Of a stretch of DNA of 29,665 bases, positions 1 to 6,851 are shown piece after piece. The first letter of the stretch is position 1. Every line of letters starts with the position of its first letter. Source of the stretch: Candidatus Saccharimonadales bacterium (GTDB lineage Bacteria > Patescibacteriota > Microgenomatia > Levybacterales > UBA12049). The stretch is from assembly GCA_035479835.1 (NCBI GenBank), contig DATIIG010000072.1, forward strand, positions 1 through 29,665. Reading direction: 5' to 3'. The notes below the pieces were generated by a model that was not told where the DNA came from, did no database searches, and saw nothing but the letters and a program-made list of their open reading frames with translations. The position numbers and the translations under genes are program-made.

Positions 1-675
1 TATTTATCTGCTCTGGAACTGGGAGAAACACTCCAGGCGCCTTTGGCTAAAAAAGCAAAAATAAAAAGGACAACTCTTCGAGAGTTACTACCGGATCTTT
101 TTAAAAGAGGAATTCTTCAACAAAAAGTAAACGGGAAAAGAAAATACTTAATAGCTCGTGATCCTCGAGAACTCATTGCGGAGCTGGAGGAAAAAACAAA
201 GAGAGCAAAAGAAGTACTGCCGCAGTTTTTGGCACTTCAAAAAGTTATTACTAATAAACCTGAAGTACGATTTTTCGAAGGCATAGAGGGTCTTAAGCAA
301 ATTTACCAACTAACTCTTGATGTTGGGCTGACAATGTATTGTTTTGTTAATGCAGAGCAGATGTACCCGGAATTTCGTACATGGGTTGCGCAGTATTATA
401 TTCCGGAAAAGCTTCGAAGAAAAATATGGATTTACAACATAATGACATCAGGAGAAGAAACAAAGTCCCTCATGCCGGAACACGGATTTCGCGAGAATAA
501 GTACATTTCTAAGGAGCAATATCCATTTGATATGGAAATTGTAGTCTTTGGGGACTATGTAACGTTCCATCACTTCCGACAGTCCGATGAACCTTCTGCA
601 ATCCTCATTAAAAGTAAAGCTGCTGCCGAAACTATGCTCTCAATCCATCAATTAATCTGGAATAATATCAAATAA
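1..675 (+). CDS. TrmB-family transcriptional regulator, 5'-truncated by the window edge
   Basis: Frame is open from base 1 (YLSALELGETLQAPLAKKAKIKRTTL, an HTH-like segment). The PEVRFFEGIEGLKQIY motif and the C-terminal EIVVFGDYV segment are typical of CPR TrmB-like proteins. Confidence 0.85.
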   Translation, partial: YLSALELGETLQAPLAKKAKIKRTTLRELLPDLFKRGILQQKVNGKRKYLIARDPRELIAELEEKTKRAKEVLPQFLALQKVITNKPEVRFFEGIEGLKQIYQLTLDVGLTMYCFVNAEQMYPEFRTWVAQYYIPEKLRRKIWIYNIMTSGEETKSLMPEHGFRENKYISKEQYPFDMEIVVFGDYVTFHHFRQSDEPSAILIKSKAAAETMLSIHQLIWNNIK

Positions 676-682
676 CTTCTTG

Positions 683-754
683 TGCGTCTGCTTGGGATCG
701 GACCAAGGACATCTACTTTATAAGAGTAGCGCTCTACCACTGAGCTACAGACGC
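683..754 (-). tRNA. tRNA-Ile (anticodon UAU), CCA not encoded
   Basis: Minus strand folds as a cloverleaf: acceptor GCGTCTG/CAGACGC, D arm GCTC-AGTGGTA-GAGC, anticodon arm CTACT-CTTATAA-AGTAG (anticodon TAT at 722-720), T arm CTTGG-TCCGATC-CCAAG, discriminator A. Confidence 0.93.
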
Positions 755-766
755 ATATAAACGACC

Positions 767-1462
767 TCAATTGTACCAAAAAAGGGTATCTTTTGCACCG
801 TAAAACCCGGAAATTGCCTTTATTGACATGGCAATCTTTTCACTTAATAGCACACTCCCGAAATATAATTTGCAAGTACCGTGTCCGAAGCTTTTATACG
901 TTAACCCTTCCCTGTTTGATTTTTTAATATATGGTTTTCTAAACTGCTCCTTAGAGATAGCCAGTTTTTTTGACCAGAAATTGATTGCATCTTCAGAATC
1001 CATATCTTTATACAAATGGAGTTGTATTTTTATCTTCTCTTTTGGGATCTTTAAACTCTTGGTCATCCAAAGCAATGCAAAAACAACCACTCTTGGATCG
1101 GTATTGCTTATCGATACCACGCCATGTGTCTTCTCCCCTTCTCCCCAATAAAGGAATACTCCAGCAAGAAAAAGTTCTCTAGCTGTTAAAGGAAGCAGTG
1201 CGTTTTCCTGTTGAGAAAAAATCTTCTGCAATCTTTCTAAACGTTGTTTTTGGCGAGTTTCCCTATATTTTTCTCTTCCCAAGTCTAAATTCATTTCCCG
1301 ATTTTTTGATAAAATTTCCTGCTGCGTATCGGTTAATGGAAGTTTCCTCAACCATCCGGATAGGGTGCTTTTTTGGATACCTAGCTCTCGTTTTATTTGA
1401 CCGTAGGTTTTACCTTGTAGTCTTAATTGAATCGCTTGTTCACGGAGAATTCGTTTTGCCAT
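767..1462 (-). CDS. N-terminal HTH plus LAGLIDADG-like domain protein (231 aa)
   Basis: Start moved to MAKRILREQ (ATG at 1462), downstream of TTGACA-17-CATTAT. HTH segment GKTYGQIKRELGIQKSTLSGWL; LAGVFLYWGEG resembles a LAGLIDADG helix and is followed by SISNTDP. Confidence 0.7.
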   Translation of the reverse strand: MAKRILREQAIQLRLQGKTYGQIKRELGIQKSTLSGWLRKLPLTDTQQEILSKNREMNLDLGREKYRETRQKQRLERLQKIFSQQENALLPLTARELFLAGVFLYWGEGEKTHGVVSISNTDPRVVVFALLWMTKSLKIPKEKIKIQLHLYKDMDSEDAINFWSKKLAISKEQFRKPYIKKSNREGLTYKSFGHGTCKLYFGSVLLSEKIAMSIKAISGFYGAKDTLFWYN

Positions 1463-1508
1463 TTCGTACTTATAATGGCATTTCTGTAACAGGTTGTCAA
1501 TGGTACAA

Positions 1509-3890
1509 TTACAGTTTGGCGCGCTCGGAGATTTCCGCTTCAACTACATGCATGTCGCGGCCATATTTGAGTCGGGACAATTCTTTAATAAGCTCGGCAA
1601 CGCGCGGATTTATCAGCTTTTTCTCCTCGGTCAAATCGCGCGTCAAATCCATAGAAAAAGGTGAAACGGGCTCTCCGCCGACAATCGTTTTTATGTAAGT
1701 ATTGAAGCGCTCGACGTTAATTAAATCCGCCTCGGTAAAAGTCGGCTGAAACTCATGCTGAAGATAGTTCGCGTCAGTCACGCCGACCCGAAATGAAATA
1801 ACCGAACCGACATTACCGAAAATCGCGTTTTTGACTTCCTCTTCCATTTGTCCGATAAACTGATTGGCCACAATAAGATTTAACTTATACTTTCTTGCTT
1901 CGGACAAAATCTGGGCAAAATCAGGCGTTGCAAAGTTTTGAAACTCGTCAACGTAAAGGAAAAAATCTTCGCGCTGTTCTTTTGGAATATCCTGCCTACT
2001 CATAGCGGCAACCAGAATTTTGGGGACCAGAATTAATCCCAAAAAGCTTGAGTTCTCCTCCCCTATTCTTCCTTTTGAAAGATTAATCAGAAGAATTTTC
2101 TTCTCGTCCATGACTTTTCGGAAATTAAACGCGCTGTCTGATTGCCCGATGATGTTTCTGATCATTTTGTTGGTGACAAAGCGGCCGAATTTGGAAACTA
2201 TGTAGTCTAAGACCTCGGACTTGTGAAAATCGCTTGTCTGGGCAATCTGATCGGTCCAGTAGCGCCTGATAATCGGATCCTGCACTTTTGGCAAAAGTTC
2301 CTGAACAAACGCCGCGTCGGTTAAGGCTCGAACAACTTCAATAAATGTCGCGCCCGGATCATACATGACGGTAAGCATTGCGTTTCTGATCGCGTGTTCA
2401 AAGCGCGGACCGATAATACCGGTTTTGTTGGGATCAAAGAGCTTATACATAAGCCCGATGATTGAAGTAACGACCAAATGTTTTTGCTCTTCCGTTGATG
2501 CCTCAAGCATATTAAAACCCATGGGACGAGAGGTATCTGAGGGATCAAACAAAATTACATCTTCTGCCCGCTGCGGAGGAATCATCGGCAAAATATCCTC
2601 AACCAAATCTCCGTGCGGATCAATAACCGCAACTCCCTGACCGTTTCGAATATCCTGCATAATCATGTCTTTGAGAAACTCGGATTTGCCCGTTCCTGTT
2701 TTTCCGATGATATACATGTGACGCCGCCTGTCGTCCAAATCCATGTACACCGGCTTTGACATTCCCCGATACGTACTTCTTCCCAAAAACAACCCCGATG
2801 AGGGAATAGTCGCGGGAGCAGGCGCGCGCTTGGCGGTGAGCCAGTAAATATTTGGCGTTGTAATGCTTTTGTTGGGAAAATGAAACACCGTCGCCAGCTC
2901 CTCGCTTGATAACACACCGGTTTGTCCGCGAAGCGGCCAGTAGCGATAAATAAAATCGGTGAGAAAAAGGCCTTTTAAACGGTTTTTGTTTTTACCGAAG
3001 GAGTTGGCGCCGTCAAACTGCGAAAAAGCGCTGGTGATGTTGTTTAAATGCGCCTGAGCCGCTTCACTGCTGCTTGATGAAACAACAATGCGAACAATTG
3101 TGTCAAATCCGGGTTTGTTTATTTTGTTTTCGATGCTTTCAAGTTCTTTTGCGTCAGCGGAGTATTTGGCGGTTTCGGGATTTGCTTCCGATTTTTTGGT
3201 TTTGGAGAGAAACGATCTTCCCAGTTTTTTCCATTTCCCGTCAGACGGCGAAACCAAAACCTGAATGGCAGCCCCCTCCCCCTCAGACATTTTTGCCAGA
3301 ACAGAGGTGATGGATGAGAGCGGATCAACGGGCAAATCTTTGAATACTTTAATGGGTAAATAATTATCTTTTTTGGGACGAATACTGGCAAAGGCGACTT
3401 TTCCGGTACTTGAGAAAATATTATATTCATTCCCCACCAGCTCTTCCGCTCTCTGGTGGCCGTTTTTCGGGTCAACGACAATAATTTCCGCGTCAGGATA
3501 CGCTCCGTTTATTTGCTTTTCAACGAGATCTCGCAACTTATTGGGAACATTGACGTAAAATCTGATATCACCGGGAAGCCCCACGATTTCAAATGACATG
3601 TGCGGCTGAGGCTTGAGAAATGATAATCTTCCGCCTTTTCGAATTGAGGCAAGGGCGCTAAACATCTGCTCTGCCGCGTCAATTTTTATTTCATTATCGC
3701 GCGGAACGGCAATTTGCAAAAGCGTTGACTCAAGCGATTCTTTTTCGCGGTGACGATATTTATACCAAAGAAAAAATGCGTATCCCGCAAGCGCAAAAAG
3801 AGCAAGTATAAAAATAAAAATGATAATACCTACAAAAAAGGCGATAAAAAATTGTGTGAGCGAATCAAGTGAGAAATTTGACAACGGCAT
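1509..3890 (-). CDS. VirD4/TraD-like type IV coupling ATPase (HerA/FtsK superfamily) with an N-terminal TM anchor
   Basis: N-terminal hydrophobic helix; Walker A RRHMYIIGKTGTGKS; IDPHGD; Walker B LYVDEFQNF; LSEARKY...ANQ motif. Confidence 0.88.
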   Translation of the reverse strand: MPLSNFSLDSLTQFFIAFFVGIIIFIFILALFALAGYAFFLWYKYRHREKESLESTLLQIAVPRDNEIKIDAAEQMFSALASIRKGGRLSFLKPQPHMSFEIVGLPGDIRFYVNVPNKLRDLVEKQINGAYPDAEIIVVDPKNGHQRAEELVGNEYNIFSSTGKVAFASIRPKKDNYLPIKVFKDLPVDPLSSITSVLAKMSEGEGAAIQVLVSPSDGKWKKLGRSFLSKTKKSEANPETAKYSADAKELESIENKINKPGFDTIVRIVVSSSSSEAAQAHLNNITSAFSQFDGANSFGKNKNRLKGLFLTDFIYRYWPLRGQTGVLSSEELATVFHFPNKSITTPNIYWLTAKRAPAPATIPSSGLFLGRSTYRGMSKPVYMDLDDRRRHMYIIGKTGTGKSEFLKDMIMQDIRNGQGVAVIDPHGDLVEDILPMIPPQRAEDVILFDPSDTSRPMGFNMLEASTEEQKHLVVTSIIGLMYKLFDPNKTGIIGPRFEHAIRNAMLTVMYDPGATFIEVVRALTDAAFVQELLPKVQDPIIRRYWTDQIAQTSDFHKSEVLDYIVSKFGRFVTNKMIRNIIGQSDSAFNFRKVMDEKKILLINLSKGRIGEENSSFLGLILVPKILVAAMSRQDIPKEQREDFFLYVDEFQNFATPDFAQILSEARKYKLNLIVANQFIGQMEEEVKNAIFGNVGSVISFRVGVTDANYLQHEFQPTFTEADLINVERFNTYIKTIVGGEPVSPFSMDLTRDLTEEKKLINPRVAELIKELSRLKYGRDMHVVEAEISERAKL

Positions 3891-3891
3891 A

Positions 3892-4323
3892 TTAGGCTTT
3901 TTCCGACATTTTCAGCTGACGCAAAATAAGTGATGCCAGCCAGACGATTGATTCTTTGACATTTTTTGTTTTTTTGATTGTTGCCTGCGCTTGAGCTTGT
4001 GTCATAGGTAATTGGACCATGCCTGTTGGGCTTGTTGCAACCGGCGTTGCATCGGCAGAAACTTTAATGCCGATTTTTGCATGTTCATCGGTTAATTGAG
4101 GTTTATCGGAAACTGTCTCAACACCGGCCTCTTGTACTTCGGGATGCAGCTGCGGCTCAACTTCCGATGGCGTAATAAGGTCGGATGTATCAACGCTTAC
4201 GCCGCCAACGCTTTCTTTGTTGGGCGTGCTGATTGGCGTTACTGTCTGTTGCGTCTGATCATCCCCGTCCGAACCTGAATTTTGAATTTTGAATTTTGAA
4301 TTTTGAATTGCGGTGTCGTCCAT
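3892..4323 (-). CDS. Hypothetical protein with a disordered N-terminus and a C-terminal amphipathic helix, probably co-transcribed with the ATPase
   Basis: 143-aa ORF ending 1 nt before the ATPase start; TATCAT -10 element 6 nt upstream of its ATG. Confidence 0.75.
   Translation of the reverse strand: MDDTAIQNSKFKIQNSGSDGDDQTQQTVTPISTPNKESVGGVSVDTSDLITPSEVEPQLHPEVQEAGVETVSDKPQLTDEHAKIGIKVSADATPVATSPTGMVQLPMTQAQAQATIKKTKNVKESIVWLASLILRQLKMSEKA
4276..4309. repeat. Perfect heptamer tandem repeat (TGAATTT) x ~4.9
   Basis: tgaattt tgaattt tgaattt tgaattt tgaatt read directly; encodes IQNSKFKIQNS on the minus strand. Confidence 0.97.
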
Positions 4324-4355
4324 ACATTCATGATAGCACGAAAAAGCACATCATG

Positions 4356-4523
4356 TCACTTTGATCCTGAGGTTTTTTCTTCTTGTTCTTTGTACGGGCA
4401 ATTTTTGCAACCGTTGTGGCAACAAAATCCTCGCTTTTTTAAATATTCCGCGGTGAAAACAAAAAAACCGTTTTCGTCAATATAAAAATCTTTCCCCTCC
4501 TGAAGTTTTTGTACGCGGTCCAT
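4356..4523 (-). CDS. DUF5522-like small Cys-rich protein (55 aa)
   Basis: DFYIDENGFFVFTAEYLKKRGFCCHNGCKNCPY motif. Start moved to MDRVQ (ATG at 4523), 1 nt after the upstream stop. Confidence 0.85.
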   Translation of the reverse strand: MDRVQKLQEGKDFYIDENGFFVFTAEYLKKRGFCCHNGCKNCPYKEQEEKTSGSK

Positions 4524-4524
4524 T

Positions 4525-5592
4525 TTACTCCACTTTTGCCTGCTCGCTGTGTTGAGAAGTGCTCGCGGATGAATCTGGTTTCTTGCATGTACAGCTTCCT
4601 TTTGTCTGTCTGCAATTTTTGCATGAATCACTTCCCGTATATTTTTCTCCGTTTGGAAACTGTATGGTTACTCCGCTAGAAAGCAGCGAAACATCTTGTG
4701 TCCATACGTGAGACTCTTCATGTTGAGCATTGAAAGAAACGTTGCAACACGATACGGTTTCACTAAAATCAAATTCAATAAAATAACGGCTCTTTTCGTC
4801 TGTTCCTTTAAAATATTTTTCCATTGCCTCAAGCATTTGTTTTGTATCATCATCTATTGCAAGTTCTGCGATACTTTGAGGCTGATTGTCTAAATTTGTT
4901 CCCATGAGTTTGTCGTCGACTTTTTCAGTTCCCCAAACAAATGAGTATTTACCATTATCTTGATATGCCCGCTGTGTATCTTGCTCTCCATTAAATATGG
5001 ACAAAAACCTCCTGCCTGTGCCGATTTGAGGGTTGAGAATATCTTCCCTACGTATATCTTGGATTTCGCCTTGGGCACGGGCAAGATGCGGGAAATATCT
5101 TGCGTAAGGTTCTCGCGGCGCATCTACCAATCGTGAAAGCATTGCATCCGGAGCCTGATCACCTTTTACAAACCCTACCAATTTATGCGGTCCGAACCAG
5201 TGAAACTCAACTTCATCTCCCCCAATTGCATAAACAATATCTCCTGCTGCATCTTCAATTGGCGTTTGACGATCCCACGTTAATCCCGTTGAAATATTTG
5301 CTACCATATTGGAATCGCCGCCTTTTAAACCGGCAATTTGTACAAACGCAAAACTATTTCGTATTGCCTCTTCTACCCCTACCTCTCTATTAGGATCAAG
5401 AAGCAGCTCGCCTGCCGGTTTCCCTTTTTCCCAAATCCGGTGAGCTTCTTCTCCTGCGTTAGGTGCTTCACGCATTATCATTTGCATAGGTTTACCAACT
5501 CCGTAAGATCTTTTTGGCGTTTCCCATGCATTCTGCGCAATTTCAGCAGCCGCATCGTGAATATCAAACATTTTTGCTTCTGTTACTGGCAT
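4525..5592 (-). CDS. Hypothetical protein (355 aa) with a C-terminal Cys cluster
   Basis: Long ORF packed 4 nt after pduO; CC...CKNC...CTC near the C-terminus; no family recognised. Confidence 0.75.
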   Translation of the reverse strand: MPVTEAKMFDIHDAAAEIAQNAWETPKRSYGVGKPMQMIMREAPNAGEEAHRIWEKGKPAGELLLDPNREVGVEEAIRNSFAFVQIAGLKGGDSNMVANISTGLTWDRQTPIEDAAGDIVYAIGGDEVEFHWFGPHKLVGFVKGDQAPDAMLSRLVDAPREPYARYFPHLARAQGEIQDIRREDILNPQIGTGRRFLSIFNGEQDTQRAYQDNGKYSFVWGTEKVDDKLMGTNLDNQPQSIAELAIDDDTKQMLEAMEKYFKGTDEKSRYFIEFDFSETVSCCNVSFNAQHEESHVWTQDVSLLSSGVTIQFPNGEKYTGSDSCKNCRQTKGSCTCKKPDSSASTSQHSEQAKVE

Positions 5593-5596
5593 ATTT

Positions 5597-6154
5597 TTAT
5601 TTTTTCATTACCTTCCAGATTGTTTCTTTACGATTTTCTTGATTATTTATATATCGTGCCGCAGTAAAAAGCAAGTCCGAAAGGCGATTAAAATACATTA
5701 AAATTTCTGCGTTTACCTTTTCTTTTTTTGCAAGCTCAACAATTCTTCGCTCCGCGCGTCTGCAAATAGTTCGGGCTACATGAAGCTCTGCACCTGTTTT
5801 CCCTCCTCCGGGGAGAATGAAGTTTTTGAGTTCCGGAAGCTGTTTTGTTAATGCATCAATGAGGTCTTCGTGTGCTTTTGTCCGCACTGTTAACGTTTTT
5901 GTTAATAAACTGTTATCCGATAACTTTGGGGTTGCCAGCGTTGAGCCGATCGCAAACAAATCATTTTGAATGTTAATGAGTTCTTTTTGTAGTTTGGAAA
6001 TTTTTATATCCGAAACAATAATTCCTATCACGCTGTTTAGCTCGTCAACCGTTCCGTATGCCTCAACGCGAATACTTGCTTTTGAAACGCGTTTACCGCC
6101 AAAGAGTGACGTCTCTCCCTTATCCCCTGTTTTGGTATAAACCTTGGGTGTCAT
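5597..6154 (-). CDS. pduO: PduO-type ATP:cob(I)alamin adenosyltransferase
   Basis: Motifs VYTKTGDKGETSL, EAYGTVDELNS, FILPGG, ARTICRRAER and NRLSDLLF. Confidence 0.96.
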   Translation of the reverse strand: MTPKVYTKTGDKGETSLFGGKRVSKASIRVEAYGTVDELNSVIGIIVSDIKISKLQKELINIQNDLFAIGSTLATPKLSDNSLLTKTLTVRTKAHEDLIDALTKQLPELKNFILPGGGKTGAELHVARTICRRAERRIVELAKKEKVNAEILMYFNRLSDLLFTAARYINNQENRKETIWKVMKK

Positions 6155-6195
6155 AAATTTATTACCGAGAAGAAAGGTCCGAAGAAGTATCGAAG

Positions 6196-6313
6196 ATTCC
6201 TGCTCGGGATATGTAACGGATGCAGTTTTCTGACTTTACCCCACTTCGCCAAGGCTTCGAGGGGTTAACAGTTGCGGCACAGTGAGGGAATGAAACCCTA
6301 CTTACCTACATCC
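6196..6313 (-). promoter_or_regulatory. Cobalamin riboswitch (compact, class II-like)
   Basis: Minus strand: closing stem GGATGTAG/CTGCATCC, GGTAA junction, AGGG-TTTCATT-CCCT T-loop hairpin, conserved CCGCAACTG and AAGTCAG, then a small downstream hairpin (TCCCGAGCAGGA). Lies in the pduO leader. Confidence 0.85.
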
Positions 6314-6320
6314 TGAATTT

Positions 6321-6349
6321 ATAATAAACTTTTGGAAATCTTTTTGCAA
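6321..6349 (-). promoter_or_regulatory. Sigma70-type promoter for the riboswitch-pduO operon
   Basis: TTGCAA-17 nt-TATTAT, ending 7 nt before the riboswitch closing stem. Confidence 0.7.
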
Positions 6350-6368
6350 GCCCCGATTGAATCGGGGC
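6350..6368. terminator. GC-rich hairpin after the lipoprotein gene (terminator or REP-like)
   Basis: GCCCCGAT-TGA-ATCGGGGC perfect 8-bp stem, 10 nt past the stop codon; no long U tract. Confidence 0.5.
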
Positions 6369-6378
6369 AAGAGGAAAA

Positions 6379-6810
6379 TTAGGAGACATGACCAGAATCG
6401 CACGTTGCATTGATATCTAAATCTACCCCTACTGTCTGTAAACCAACGCCACGAGAGAATATTGTAATGGAATATTCTCTCTGGTCTTTTGGATTATAGA
6501 AAGAAAAATTGTTATCTCCTTGATCTATGTCCACTTGTCGTAAGAAATCCACATTTAAAAACGTATGACCATTGTTTCTTTCGGTTGAAAATTTTACGGT
6601 TTCCCCAACAACTTTTTCATGTTTCCCTTTCTCATCTTCACCGATAAAAATTCGCGTGCTCTTAGGTTTGGAATCTATTTTACACGAGGGAAATTCTTGC
6701 GGTTCTGAATTATTGCACGCCATAAGCCCTAGCCCCAACGCTGCCACTGCAGGTAACGCTGCAAGTCTTCCCAAGCGTACATGTCTTTTTTGTTCTTGTG
6801 GAGCTCCCAT
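6379..6810 (-). CDS. Putative lipoprotein of unknown function (143 aa)
   Basis: Start moved to MGAPQEQ (TATAGT 6 nt upstream). Basic-then-hydrophobic signal ending in lipobox-like LMAC. Confidence 0.7.
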   Translation of the reverse strand: MGAPQEQKRHVRLGRLAALPAVAALGLGLMACNNSEPQEFPSCKIDSKPKSTRIFIGEDEKGKHEKVVGETVKFSTERNNGHTFLNVDFLRQVDIDQGDNNFSFYNPKDQREYSITIFSRGVGLQTVGVDLDINATCDSGHVS

Positions 6811-6851
6811 ACGCTTACTATACAACGATTTTTCTAAAATGCAAGAAGAGT

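Noticed and set aside
828..1698. Plus-strand ORFs of 107, 65 and 166 aa
   Set aside because: Antisense shadows of the HTH/LAGLIDADG-like and ATPase genes with no motifs. The same applies to most short overlapping ORFs in the track.
1509..3890. Conjugative element or ICE
   Set aside because: No relaxase, integrase or VirB genes in the window; the surroundings are largely housekeeping.
4276..4309. CRISPR array
   Set aside because: A contiguous 7-bp tandem repeat without spacers; no cas genes and no repeat-spacer pattern seen anywhere.
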